Source: Kondoa subrosea
Lineage: Eukaryota
Direction of reading: 5' to 3'
Assembly: GCA_039545335.1 (NCBI GenBank)
Contig: BCIN01000002.1
Coordinates: 2,944,678-3,008,677, forward strand
Length of the DNA stretch: 64,000 bases
Shown here in pieces: positions 38,588-51,017 of this stretch. Within the stretch, counting starts at the first letter, position 1. The number at the start of each line of letters is the position of its first letter. A program made the position numbers and the translations under genes. The notes beneath the pieces were generated by a model. It made no database searches and was not told where the DNA came from. It was given only the letters and a program-made list of their open reading frames with translations.

Positions 38588-39982
38588 ATGTCAGCTCTGA
38601 CCGATCTTCCAGTAGAACTGCTCACTGGCATCTTGGGGCATGTACGAAGAAGTCGACAACCACTCCTTTCCAATCTCGCCGCTTGCTCAATATTATCTCG
38701 CAGCATGCACCAGACAGCAAATTCACTATTATATCAGAAGTTACATATCGATCTCAATCACGTAGCTGATCACGAACCGCACAAAGTTGAAACGACAATA
38801 GCCCGAAGAGCTTCTGTTGTTCACGTTTTGATAGGCAACCCTGGATTAGCAAAATTGGTCAAGCACCTGACACTGGACCTAGAAGGAACTGCACTCTTAC
38901 TACACGTTGACATATTCGACAAGTTATTGAAGTCCGTCACTTCTTTGCAACACTTGGACTTGATCGAAACTCGTCTTCTCTATCTTTCTACTCTTAATAC
39001 ATTCTGGTCATCCTTCAAACATCTTGCATCTTTCAACTTCACAATGCCGGAAGTATATGACGAGGAGTCAAGAGACGCCGCTGCATATTTGTCTGCTTTA
39101 CTGGAATCGAGAGCAGATAGCTGGTCCCAAGTCAGCATAAATCGAATTGGTACAATCATCCATATTCAGGCATCATCAAGCCAAGAGCTGCCAATGATTG
39201 GAGAAAACTTGCCCAAAATACCAAGCTCAGATCCTCATCAAGACCCTCTTCTTCACTTGATGCAGATCCTGCTGTCCGTTAATCCGAAGTTAGAAATAGT
39301 CTCAGTGGAATCATCTGACATTAAGCAATTGCATAACGATATGCACGAATTGACTTTCTGTTTGGATCATTGTAAGAAATTGCGCTTCGAAGCGCAAGAA
39401 GATGAAGATGAAGACTCGCAAGGAGGAGACGATGAAGATGTCGTCTCCAACAAAGTGATTTGGACAGAAATTAATCAGCACTTTGGTCGGCTCGATTCCC
39501 TCCATCTCTTTTACCCTCCTGCTTGTTCCATTGACGATCATCTCGAGAAGACTCTCGCTTCAATAGCCAAATCTAGGCTTGCGGATAGACTCACGAGAAT
39601 ATGTATCGAAACTTGCGTTCCTTTCGAAGCTACAGTCAATATGGATCTTTTGGTCGAACCCGATACTTTCCCTACTCTCACACATCTGACACTGCACTTT
39701 AATTTTCCTGCCAGCGACATATCTATTCTATCTGCTGGTTCAGTCTATCTTCACACAGCTTGCCAAGATCTACTCAAGTTCTCTTTCACCAGCACCAGAA
39801 CAGCTTTGTTGGTGATCGGGTCCAGGGATGATTTTGAGATCCGACTGGCCTTTGAAGATGGGAACCTGGCGTATATTGAAATGGAGGAAATGTCCCTCGA
39901 GCAGAAGACGCTTTTGCAAAATATGAATTGGAGGAAAGCTTTGGGAATTACTGAGGACAACAAATTGTTGGAATTGAGCTGA
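38588..39982 (+). CDS. F-box domain protein, tandem paralog
   Basis: MSALTDLPVELLTGIL..LAACSILSR..ANSLLY and C-terminal MNWRKALGI. Colinear with the upstream gene. Confidence 0.8.
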   Translation: MSALTDLPVELLTGILGHVRRSRQPLLSNLAACSILSRSMHQTANSLLYQKLHIDLNHVADHEPHKVETTIARRASVVHVLIGNPGLAKLVKHLTLDLEGTALLLHVDIFDKLLKSVTSLQHLDLIETRLLYLSTLNTFWSSFKHLASFNFTMPEVYDEESRDAAAYLSALLESRADSWSQVSINRIGTIIHIQASSSQELPMIGENLPKIPSSDPHQDPLLHLMQILLSVNPKLEIVSVESSDIKQLHNDMHELTFCLDHCKKLRFEAQEDEDEDSQGGDDEDVVSNKVIWTEINQHFGRLDSLHLFYPPACSIDDHLEKTLASIAKSRLADRLTRICIETCVPFEATVNMDLLVEPDTFPTLTHLTLHFNFPASDISILSAGSVYLHTACQDLLKFSFTSTRTALLVIGSRDDFEIRLAFEDGNLAYIEMEEMSLEQKTLLQNMNWRKALGITEDNKLLELS

Positions 39983-40246
39983 AGGATACTAGTCACAGCG
40001 AGAACGTGAGTCTAGCTTCTCTGTAGCTCACAGCTGCGCGCTCAAAGTTCTCAGAGGGTGGATCCAGTGGGAGTGCAGTCAAGGCTGCAGAGTGCAGAGC
40101 AGAATACTGCTCCTCGGTTCAGTAGATGAAGTGCAGGATACACGGACAAAGGGATATGAGTGGATGCTATCGTAAAGCAGTAGAAGTAAGATGTAGTGAA
40201 TCGGGTCGCTGCTGAGTCTCGCTTAGGTTACGCGGGGCCTTTTGAC

Positions 40247-41023
40247 ATGGTCGACCATGAAGATACCACGCATGCTATGAAATACCCACATGAAGCACAT
40301 GAAGTAGCAAAGAAGCTACAAACGCAGGCTGGAAATGCAGAAAGCGCCTCAGAAATAGAAGATTTGGTTTACAATTTCTGGATAAAATGGGTCGAAGCTG
40401 CATCAAAGGCCACGACACTACGAGAGACACTCTACATTGTTGACATCGTTAGAGAAGTATACGTTCTGCCCGATGCACCTTTTGCAGAGAGCTTCGTCTT
40501 TCCGTTTGGCTGGGCCCTGCGGGATGAATGGGATTGTAAGCTATTCTACATACAAAGAGTATGTCGATCGTCTGCTCAAGATGGTGATGCAGACTTTGAG
40601 CCCAGCGAACAAGATCCTCAAAGGGAACAAATCAGAAGCAAATGGTTGCGTCTCAATACTTTCACAGCTCTCGTAACAGCTCAAGGCATCTCTGATTTCT
40701 CTCTATATGGACTTTGGGTCCTTCGCGATATACTAGAAGATGATTGTAGCAATGTTGCGCTCGATGGAGGAATTCCAGCTGCCGCAACTTGGATTGAACA
40801 TGCTGGTTCTTACCTGTTAGCCAGTGAAAGAGAATGGGAATCAGGAGGGAACAGAGGTGATCCAGCTCGAGGTGGTTTGCGTTGGTCTGGAAAGAAAGGG
40901 TTGTGTCGAGAACGTTTTAAATTATGGCAGCAAAGGTTCAGCGAACTGGCGGAAGAGACGAGTTTGACGACTGCTGCCGTAGCTCGGGACGCATCAAATA
41001 GGATGAAAAGATTACTCATCTAG
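40247..41023 (+). CDS. DUF3632-like fungal protein
   Basis: FGWALRDEW, WLRLNTFTA, LYGLWVLRDILE, AAATWIEHAG and W.GKKGLCRERFKLWQQRF match my recall of the DUF3632 pattern. Probable in-frame intron near 40536. Confidence 0.7.
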   Translation: MVDHEDTTHAMKYPHEAHEVAKKLQTQAGNAESASEIEDLVYNFWIKWVEAASKATTLRETLYIVDIVREVYVLPDAPFAESFVFPFGWALRDEWDCKLFYIQRVCRSSAQDGDADFEPSEQDPQREQIRSKWLRLNTFTALVTAQGISDFSLYGLWVLRDILEDDCSNVALDGGIPAAATWIEHAGSYLLASEREWESGGNRGDPARGGLRWSGKKGLCRERFKLWQQRFSELAEETSLTTAAVARDASNRMKRLLI

Positions 41024-41128
41024 AAGTCTGATTCTCGAAATTGAAGTCTTGGACCCCGTTCCGCTGACTGTGCCTGCGCTTCTTACAACAACCATTGGAT
41101 AACAATTGGATAACAATAAGAGAATAGC

Positions 41129-42523
41129 ATGGTCCAGGTTCCGCCGGAGCTGCAAATCTCTATCTTGGAGCAGCTGTCTTTTACGCGAAAGAAGCATGTA
41201 AGGAACAGAAGTCTAGCAAGATGTGCTCAAGTTTGCAGGATATGGTCTACAATGGCCAACAAGCTTCTTTACCAGAAGATCTCGGCAAACATGAACGTCG
41301 TGCAAAGACGGTCAATCCAGCATCACGTCTGGCTTACTCTTTCTTCGACTTCTGTCTTATTACCACTAGTCCGAGATCTCTGCTTAGATCTCGGTACCTT
41401 GTATCATGTATTTGATCCTCAATCCCTCAAAATCATCTCGGCTATGCATGGCTTGCTCTCTCTTCGATTGAACAATATGACTGTTGGACAAGTGGCTATC
41501 ATGCATGATTCTATACTATCGTTACCCAATCTGCGCGATCTGACAGTGAAATCATGGAATCTTGAGGAACATAAAGATCTACTGCGGCTCATCTTGCAAA
41601 AAGCTTCTACTCTGAGAAGATTGCAGGTCGTTGGGAGGAACGAAGCATACGAATTGCGCCGACCAGATCGCTCCATCACCGCCAAAACACTTATAGCTTT
41701 GTCAGAACAAAAAGAGAATCCGACTTGTGCGGTTTTCGCCTTGCAGGTCTTACAGCTGCCGCTAGAGTTTCAGCTTTATCGATGCTTGAACGGAGAATTC
41801 CACAACCATACAACTGCAGGCTTATTATTTCCTTACTACAAGCATTGTGCTAGCTTAGCTATTGATCCTGCTTGCGAAGAAATGCCAACCTTGAGAAGTA
41901 CACAACAAATCTCGCAAGATTTCAAGCATCTGACCGAGCTGGAGCTTATCTATCATGAACCAGAACAGCCGCAAATCTGGGGTGTCCAAATTTTTCTGGA
42001 TGAACTGGCCAGCACAAGCCTCGCTAAACGTCTGGTTTCCTTCTCCCTTGCTTTCTCTAATCCGGAAACTGGATCAAGTCTCAACATTCACGATACTCTC
42101 TGCAATTCTGATCTGTTCCCTTCCTTGCATCGCCTTAGCTTCAAAACCAGCATCTTGTACCGGCCTATCCTCGCTCTAACAGTCGGGAGCATTAGTCCTA
42201 CTTTACCCAGTGAAGAAGCAGTAATATGTGTCAAAATCTTATGCCAAGACTTATTAGCTTTCTCTGGACGAGTGAACAAACAAGGATACGCAAGAGTGTT
42301 GGTCTATCTTTCGGACAAGGCGTATATCGAAATAGAGTTTGAGAATGGTGTTGGAATTGGAGCGGAATTGTTTGATTTTGAAGAGGTGAACAAGCAAGAG
42401 GCGGATTTACTCAAATTGTGGGATTGGAAGAAGGCCTTGGGAATCGATTCGGAAAGTGGAAATCAGAAATTGGGATCTGGAGAATTGGACGGATTGGCTA
42501 AAGACGAGAAGGCAAGCGAATGA
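41129..42523 (+). CDS. F-box domain protein (same family)
   Basis: MVQVPPELQISIL..LARCAQVCRIWSTMANKLLY and C-terminal WDWKKALGI. Confidence 0.8.
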   Translation: MVQVPPELQISILEQLSFTRKKHVRNRSLARCAQVCRIWSTMANKLLYQKISANMNVVQRRSIQHHVWLTLSSTSVLLPLVRDLCLDLGTLYHVFDPQSLKIISAMHGLLSLRLNNMTVGQVAIMHDSILSLPNLRDLTVKSWNLEEHKDLLRLILQKASTLRRLQVVGRNEAYELRRPDRSITAKTLIALSEQKENPTCAVFALQVLQLPLEFQLYRCLNGEFHNHTTAGLLFPYYKHCASLAIDPACEEMPTLRSTQQISQDFKHLTELELIYHEPEQPQIWGVQIFLDELASTSLAKRLVSFSLAFSNPETGSSLNIHDTLCNSDLFPSLHRLSFKTSILYRPILALTVGSISPTLPSEEAVICVKILCQDLLAFSGRVNKQGYARVLVYLSDKAYIEIEFENGVGIGAELFDFEEVNKQEADLLKLWDWKKALGIDSESGNQKLGSGELDGLAKDEKASE

Positions 42524-42793
42524 GATTATGAGCGGAAAGTGTGAGCGTTGAGAGAAACAGGTCGCTATCATGTATGTCAGTCTGCAAGTTTTATCTGATC
42601 TCTGTTCAATGCGTACTGATGAATGTGACAGCTGCTTGAATTCCAAATCTAGCAATTCCAAGATACAGTCAAGTGCGGAGTTGGTGTATAGTTGGCGAAT
42701 AGTCTTGTGGCCGCTTTGCGACAATGCCCAGAATTCGAGATAATGGACTTGTATCTCTTGACCGAATCCCATCATATACCCTTGCACAGCTGA

Positions 42794-45700
42794 ATGCTCA
42801 ATACCCTGCGCTCGTATTTGGTGCTTGTAGCACTGCTAGCGGCATGCTCTGCCGTTCCGCGTGAGCTTGAGAACCTCGCAAACACGTCGTCATGCTGAAT
42901 TCGATGTTGTGCAGCCTCTGTCGCTCAAGACAGCTCAGCTCTCAGCCAAAGCTTGCCTCAGTCAACTAGCCTCCCTCAAAGCGTCATTGAGCAGGACGAA
43001 CAAGCTAGATTAGCGGCAGATCCGTATGCTCAAGGTCAGTCCTGCTGCCAGTGTTCAATCAAAGCCATATCTAAGGCTGCTGCAAATGCAGCTAATGAAC
43101 TCTATAACAAAGCTTTGGATCTGCTGGCGACTCTACGAACTCGCTCGATATCGCTCGTTCCACCACCTTCCACTTCCCTCTTCTCCTCTTCTTCTTATAC
43201 ACCTCTTTTCGATTTGATAGAATCAGCAGGTCAAGGTCCTCTATCGTCCCTTATCAAGACATTGCGTCGGTTTTTCCCCAAAGCGCAACAGCAAGAGCAG
43301 AATCAGATAGACGAGAATGATACTGGCTACTCTTTACTAGGGGCTTTGTATAAGCTGAGCGGAGCGAGTCATCTGCTGGGTGACTACTACGCTTCCTCAA
43401 ACACAATGAACGAAGAAGACAGGACGAGGAAAGTCCTAAATGCGTTAAGCAGCGGAGGGCAATTGAGTAGATCAGATGTTCGGTTCGGTTTAGATTTGGT
43501 CAGCGATATGCTTCGGAAAGCTGGCAATGGCGGAAAGGATGAAGCATGGACAACTCTAGGCGAAATGAACCTAGTAAGCTTTATGTTCTCCTGGCATAGC
43601 AAGGCAAATCTCATGCCATGGATCAATAGTGGGGTAGACACGGAAGCGAACAGAACCTTACAACAGCCTTATATGCTTACGAGCGCCTGGCTGAACGGAC
43701 AGGCGACGCCTCAGCACAATATAATATAGGATTTCTCAAGTCTACTGGATTGACGCAAGACGGTGATATAGAAGGCGACCAAGCTACCGTAAGTACACAG
43801 CATAGCTTTATGCGCCAATCTTATTCGAGCAGGCTTTACTGTATTACACATTTGCAGCCTTGGGCGGGGCACCTGAAGCTGAAATGACGGTTGGCTATCG
43901 GCATTGGGTTGGGATTGGCACCAAGCAGAGCTGTGGAGATGCTCTACCTTTCTACAAATCAGCAGCAGATAAAGGTAATGACCTATATGTATGCGCTTGA
44001 TCTATTCTCAGGCGTGCCGCAGCTATCAAACATTTCCAATCTGGTCCTCCCGGCGGTTTTTCTCTACCTTCTTCCAAATTACGTCTTTCGGATCTCAATG
44101 GTGGAGTATACGGTCCTGGAGCCAGCGTTTCTTCTACTGGCCCTCACGCGCACAAGCACTCGCATCCAGGTCATGGCCACGAGCATCCAACAACTCTACA
44201 AGAATGGCAAGACGTTCTCGAGTTCTATTCTTTCCATGCTGAAAGAGGAGATTCTTCCTTCATGTTTCGTCTAGGTCGGATCTACTATCAAGGTTTTGGA
44301 AACTCCGTTTCTTCGTTATCTAATGGAGGAAGGGATTTCGCTAGAGCTTTGAAATGGTTCACTCGAATAGCTAGAAGTGTTTGGCCTAGAGATCCGCCTG
44401 CTGCTCTGCGAAGAAGCTTGACTGCACAACAAGTTATCACTGGTTATGAAGTCAACAAAGATGTAAAGAACAAGAACGATGAGCATCAGTATATGGTTGC
44501 TGCTTTAGCTGCTGGATATATGGGAAGAATGTATCTTAGAGGCGAAGGAGTGACTCAAGACTATAGCAAAGCTTTCTTGTGGTTCAGTCGGGGAAGCGGA
44601 TCGGCGCGTATGATGGCTGGGATTCGGATTGATTCTGATTTCTTTCTTGTCATGCTCACAGGGCGATCATCAATCTCACAACGGCCTCGGCATCATGTAT
44701 CGCGATGGGCTTGGAGTTGCTGTCGATCTCGACAGGGCACTGAAATACTTTCAAAGCGCTTCTGGCGAGAATTTGGCTGAAGCTCAAGTCAATTTGGGCA
44801 AGCTTTACCTAGGTGCGTTGTGCGATCTTTTACTCGGGGATTTTGCCTGATTGGCACCCCACGATGTTTGACAGACAGCGGAGATGTTCAAGTTGCTTCG
44901 CAATACTTCGAATTAGCGGTCAAGAATGGCGACACTTTCCAAGCCTTCTACTATTTGGCCGAATTGAACGCTTTCACTGTCTCTCGACCTGATTTATGTC
45001 CTGTTGCTGTCTCGTTCTACAAGATTGTTGCTGAACGAGGCGATTGGGCTCATGAGGTCTGGTCCGAAGCAGAAAAGGCTTGGATTAGAGGAGATCGGCA
45101 AAGGGCTTTGCTGGGATACTGGATGATGGCTGAACGAGGATATGAAGCTGCTCAGAACAATGTCGCCTTCATCTTAGACAGAGGTGGGTAGTCGATACGT
45201 ATGCTCTGCGGGCTTATGGAATGAAGTGTTGCGTACAGATAAATCCGCTTTGCAACTTCCATTCTTCCTGAAAGCATTTCAACCACCTCCAGGTCCTTTA
45301 GTCAATAACAATGTAACAGATCGATTGGCTCTGATACATTGGACTCGCTCAGCAGCTCAGGATAATATTGATGCTTTGGTCAAGATGGGCGATTACTATT
45401 TAAAAGGCATAGGCTTACCTCAAGGTCTTCCTCAACCTCAGAAAGCTGCTGCTTGCTATCAGACTGCTTCAAATACACACGTCAGCGCTTTGGCTATGCA
45501 TTCCTTGGGGTGGATGCATGAAGTCGGTCTAGGCGTCAATAAGGCGAGTTTCGAAGACTCTTATCAGCATCAAGTTGCTGATAAAGAGCTTCTTGGCATT
45601 CGCAGGACTTTCATCTGGCCAAGCGATACTACGATATGGCTCTTGAAACCAACTCCGAAGCTTACCTACCAGTCGTTCTCTCTCTCTTCAAACTACATTT

Positions 45701-46373
45701 CCGTTCCATCTATCAAGCTATTTCAGGTGGGGATGTAGCTCTCGTCACTTTATCCAACCCATTTTCTCCATTACCTACTTCCGCAACTCCTTTAACGGAC
45801 AAAGAAGAACTTCGTCAACAGCAACAACAACAAGAAGGAGGCGTACAAGGGAAATTATCGACCGTTCTGGGACATTTATGGAACTTAAGGTTCAAACAAG
45901 CTTTCCAACAACTCTTTTCACCTTTACCTAAACCACGTCTTGCTCAAACTAATCAACATAATCAAGAACAAGGGGAAGGAGGAGAAAGACAAGGGAAAGT
46001 AGATCCTTTATTAGAAGCACAAAGAGCTTTATCTTCTTCTTCGGATGCGCAATGGGCCAAAGAAGCAAGAGAAAGAGTAGCTCATCAACAAGACTTGCAC
46101 GATGAAGGAGGAGAAGATGAGTATTACGTTAGTAATGGAGATGGAGATGTTTGGGAATCGATTGCTATTGTTGCGCTATGTATGGCTGTTGGGTACGCTC
46201 TTCTTCGTCTCTCTCGTAGATTCAAGACATGAAAGCTGATCTTCTTGCATTTCCGACAAACCAGGTGGTTAGTTTATTATCGACAAATGCGAAGAGATGC
46301 AGTTCGAGCAGCGAATGAAGAAGAACTTCGAAGAGTTGCCAGAGCAGAAATGGCAGGCAGAGCAGCGTTGTAG
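42794..46373 (+). CDS. HRD3: ERAD component Hrd3/SEL1L (Sel1-like repeats), multi-exon
   Basis: Signal peptide MLNTLRSYLVLVALLAACSA. Sel1 repeats (GRMYLRGEGVTQDY; GLGIMYRDGLGV; MAERGYEAAQNNVAFILD; DALVKMGDYY; KDFHLAKRYYD). C-terminal transmembrane segment. Confidence 0.92.
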
Positions 46374-46558
46374 TCGGACCACGAAATGCTAGTAAAATGC
46401 GCAAAGCTTTGCAAACCGATTACATTTTGGTTATGCAAAGCGCGCGCGCAAGGCTTACAATAAAAGGCCTCTCACGAAAAAAGCCGAAATAGAATAATGC
46501 AAAAGTTATTGTCCGTATAGAAAGCTCTAAATTAACCTTAGATAACTTCCCCTCAAAT

Positions 46559-47588
46559 TTATACGGCCAAAAGACCAACTACGAAAGCAACAATGATTCC
46601 CATACCAGCAACTTGCAGACCGGCAGCAGATGAAGTAGGAGCTACTGTTGGAGTAGCTGAAGAAGCGTCGCTTGCACCTAAAGATCTGCTTGCTGAAGAA
46701 ACTGATCTTGACATAGCAGCTTGGGAAGAAGAAGAAGAGCTTGACATTGCTGATGATTGTGACATTGAAGATGCCATACTAGATGCTGAAGCTGATGATG
46801 CTTGAGAAGAGGAGGAAGCAGACATCATTGAAGCTGGTTGACTTGCACTGCCAGAAGGAATGACTGGTGCTTCTTGACCTGCTAAAGCACCTGTTCCCCA
46901 TGCAATGGATTGACCATCTGGTTGAGTTGTTTCTGTTGGTTGGGTGGATTCCCCTGAGGATGAAGCGATGGTGAATCGAGTGGTCCAAGTTGGATTAATA
47001 CCATTGTTTGTGAATTGGATCTGTCCATTCGTCAGTTCTGTTCCGGACAGAGTAGAGTAAGAATACTCACAAAGTAGATACCAGAGTTTGGTGTGACATC
47101 TGGTACAGTCCATTCGAAGGATCCAGCTGTAAGATGTCGGCCTTTAAGAAGCAAAGTACATCGCATACAAATGCTGGCAACTCACGCGTCTTTGTGCCGT
47201 CTACACCATCAGTAATAGGAGAAACGACGTTCATGTCCCAACTAGAATGTACCAAACGAGAAAAATCAGCTGATGCTCAATTTCCAAACATAGCACTGAC
47301 TTGCTACCACTCATCAAAGCAACAGACACATTGGTCCATGTTCCAGTAGTATCTGGAGTCCTGTATACCGCAGGCTCCATGGTCAGAGCTTCTTCCGTGG
47401 ATGGAAGGCGCGTTCGATTCCACTGACCATTGGATATTCAGTTGCTGGCCCTCGTTGATTGTGGCAGGGGTAAGAGGAGAGACTACGCAGACAATGAGAC
47501 CCAGCTACTTGCGCATATGAGGGAACGGCTTGCCTGCTGCTTGAGCTAGAGTTGCTGCTAGAATGACAATGGAAGCGGAGGCGAGCAT
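46559..47588 (-). CDS. GPI-anchored Ser/Thr-rich cell-surface protein (Kre9/Knh1-like N-terminal domain)
   Basis: Signal peptide MLASASIVILAATLAQAA, YFIQFTN..WTTRFTIAS motif, Ser-rich stalk and hydrophobic C-terminal GPI signal. Confidence 0.8.
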
Positions 47589-47815
47589 CGTGCGTTTTTC
47601 TTCGTTGATAGTTTTTGTTGGTGAATCAGAGATTGAGACTGAGGGTATTGTATAATGAAAAGAGTGTGTTGGTTGAGAAGTAGACTGATCAAAGAAGACA
47701 AACGGTTGGAGACAAGCCGCGGAGCCGAATAAACACAGAAAAATAGAAGCGGTGCGTGCTGTGTATCTCAACCCAGAGCAACCCGCATGAGACAGCACAG
47801 CCATGCAGTACGTAA

Positions 47816-48789
47816 ATGGAGTATGGCAAAACGTATGGCACATACAGACCAAAGCATTTACGCGATTTGTTGATTGTGTATGTTTTGGCTCGTAACAGCT
47901 CGAGTCTGGTAACTTCAAAGCAGCTGCTCCATCAACATTGGATCCATCTTCTGAGCAATCTGCTTTCTCTTTCCTGAACCTGTCAGTCCCTTCCTTCTTT
48001 CACTCTATGTTCGGACGGATCTCACAATGTTTCAAGATCGTGGACCGAGCGGCTTTGTATGCAAGCTTTCTGGGCCAATATTTCATACTGATCCTGTGCA
48101 TATCAGATGGCTTCTTTGCATGGTAAGTCATTTCTCCTGGAATTATAGCTTTGAAATTTGCTCATCGATTCAACCCAGTTTCGGTGTTGGTTTCGCAATG
48201 TCAATCGTCGGCGTAGTCTTCTTCTTGCTAGGCGATGTAACAGGTCTGCTCATCTCATACGGTTGTAATCTTCACTATTGACAATACTGTTAGTATTTGC
48301 TTTGCTATACGTTTTGGGCTTGTTGGTTTCTCTCAGTAGGCCTACCATTCTTCTCTTGCCGACAATCTCACGCTGTTTCTGTACAGCTGGGACGGGCTTC
48401 CTCATCGGTTTCCTCAAACAAGCTCGAGCGGTAAGTTCCTATATCGATTGCCTTGATATGCTGCTATGTCTGACGAGCTTGCAGATGCTCAATCCTGTTC
48501 GGCTTGTAGCGGTCATCATCTTGTTTCTATGTATATGTACGGCAAATCTATCAGATTGGAACATCTGAATTGATCTTTTTTTGTGCAATGCAGTATTGGT
48601 CTTCCGTAAGCTACCATACAGATCCATTCACTATGCTGGCTAATAGCAGACGGAAGTGAGCGCTTTCTGGTGGAAGATCGATGGACTTGTAGTAGTCTTT
48701 GCCATTGGAACGTAAGCTCGTCTTTTCCTCCTTTCCCAAGAACGCATCATCGGTTGACTTTCTGTCCTAGTTATTTTGCTTATTTCTGA
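47816..48789 (+). CDS. SFT2: Sft2/Got1-family vesicle transport protein, many short exons
   Basis: SAFSFLNL..ERLYGFFA, FGVGFAMSIVG, FALLYVLG and GTGFLIGFLKQ..MLNPVRL motifs. Both ends approximate. Confidence 0.75.
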
Positions 48790-49208
48790 TGAGTCTTCTC
48801 CCTGATACTCAATATCGCAGCACATCTAATGCTTGATTTGTTTGGCGAATTACGTACTCGCTCAGTTATATACCATGTAAGCTATTCCTGTCATTGCCTG
48901 CGAGATGCAAACAGAAATGCACAGATGCTCGAGCGTTGGCAAAGAGGACGCTTGGATCACTCTTTTGATTCACTTTGAAGGATGGCGTACGTTAGTATAT
49001 AGACGCATTTCGACATTTTGCATTAACATACCCTTTCAAAAAACAAGCTGTCTCACCGGATGTCCAATAATCAGTGCAGCTTTCCTTTCCGTCATCTGAA
49101 GGCGAGCAAGATTCCACTCTACCATTCAGTGGTCTCCCTCCGGCTTTCGTCGATTTGTAGTGCCTTGACATACAATGATTTACCCGAAATCCCTTTGGTT
49201 CTCCTTCA

Positions 49209-50880
49209 TTAATGTCTCAATCTCGCTTTTTCCCTCCTCTGTTGAATAAATGAAAGGATTTTCCCTTCGAAAATATCTTGACATGCCCTGTTGCATCGAA
49301 AAACAGGGAGCGAATACATCTCCCTTTCAACTCTTTCTTTCCCAAGTAATGGACGTGCGTCAAAGGTCGACCTGGCCAAGCTGGATAAAAGACTCCTCCA
49401 GCCGAACTTGGTCAAAAGGCCTTTGCTGGATCGACACATCAACTCTTAGCCCTAACCAGGCATTGATGACCATCGATTCCATGATTTTCATCTTTAGTGG
49501 TCGCAGACGAGAAGAGAATCGTCATGGCAGTGAAAGACGATATCGGCGAGAACAGAGCCAAGTGGAAGCTACCAAAGAGCATCAACACCGTCGACTCAAT
49601 AAGAATCAAGAGCCGCAACAGGTAGCTTCAAGGCAAGCGATCAATCTTTGACAGATGGAAAACCTCATAACACTAACCTGATCGAGCAGATTTTCCAGAC
49701 GGCTTGACCGACACTCATCGGTAAGATTCACAGAGAGCAGCATCGGATGAGAAACGAGAAAATTGAGACTCGTCCTAGACCTGCCACAGGAATTGCTCGT
49801 TTGACTAAAGCTAGAAGTTTTTTTGAAGGGCACATGATGCGGAATGGAGTCGTCTACGATTCATAGTACCAAGATAGTGGGTAAAGTATATCGTAAGAAA
49901 GATCAATTCAGGTGCTAGAAGGTAGTCTCGTGAGATATGTCTCGGACATGTACATAGCTCGCCAAATGAAGCTGCTCGTTGGCCTGCTAGCTATCAATAC
50001 GAGCGCCAGATTGCACCTCCAATGAGAGTACGAGACACTGGAAGAGTTCGAGGACAAAAGAAGAGACAAACCCAACCTGACGTCTTCGCTCAGCGATGGA
50101 CAGAGAGCGCTCAACTCTTCAAATATCCAGCACCCAGCCTGAAGTAGAACAAGGCAGTCCTCGTGAATGCATGAGAGTTGAAGAGACAAAGCAAATCAAG
50201 GGATTGGTTTCCTGCGACGGCGAGGGTTGAGAACTCTTCATACGCTGAAGCAAAATGCCTTGAAAACGAGGTCAGTTCGTCTGCTGCTCTGTAGTCTTTT
50301 GAACTGCGCGCTTCGATTCGTTGGGTTGAACTGCCTGCAGCCAAACTCGGCTGGTTTATAGGCCGGCCTTCCCTGACTTCGTCTGCTATATCTTCGAACT
50401 CTCTTATCCTGCTATGTGCATCGGATGGACTTCTGCGATGAACGCTTCCCTTTTGCGATTGGGATTTATCCTCTGTGAAATTCACCTGAAAGCATGTCTC
50501 GGTGAACGAGACCATCCTATTTCCTGCTACACCCACTCCTGCTCTCACAAGCGTAGACTGGTCGCAAAGCAAGCAGACATTACTACATTAGGCTCTGTCC
50601 GGTTCGCGAGCGTCGCGAGCATTTCGAAAAACCTTAATGTAACTTCCGTCCTGCCGGTCTTACCTAGTTGAGCCAGATACGTAGATCACCGGAAGATTCC
50701 CCGCGGTTCCGTTTCTGCTCTGTAAGCCCTTTCTTCTCTAGGTCGGTATTCTGCGAACGGATCCATCAAGTCGAGGATGAGTAACAATAGCTCGAATACA
50801 ACATTGCCAGCCTTTGGGGTGACTACAAATAATCTAACGAGAGGTAAGCACTTGCTCGAGCCAAAACAACATGTACTCAA
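49209..50880 (-). CDS. Hypothetical multi-exon gene, possibly degenerate
   Basis: Chain of minus-strand ORF pieces (50111-50572, 49908-50189, 49606-49833, 49209-49442) with splice-like signals. I could not assemble a clean model. Confidence 0.3.
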
Positions 50881-51017
50881 TTAGGCTGGAACAGACTTCG
50901 CATCTGTCTATCTTGCTTTCTACAGTATACTCATCGTACTGCATACGTCACTACTATTCGTGTATCCGCGAGCGTACAAGTTCTGGCTCTTCAAAAGAGT
51001 ACAGCGGCCAACCGGCG

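Noticed and set aside
42407..42787. 126-aa minus-strand ORF between the F-box gene and HRD3
   Set aside because: GTG start, overlaps the F-box 3' end and the HRD3 promoter, and shows no motif support.
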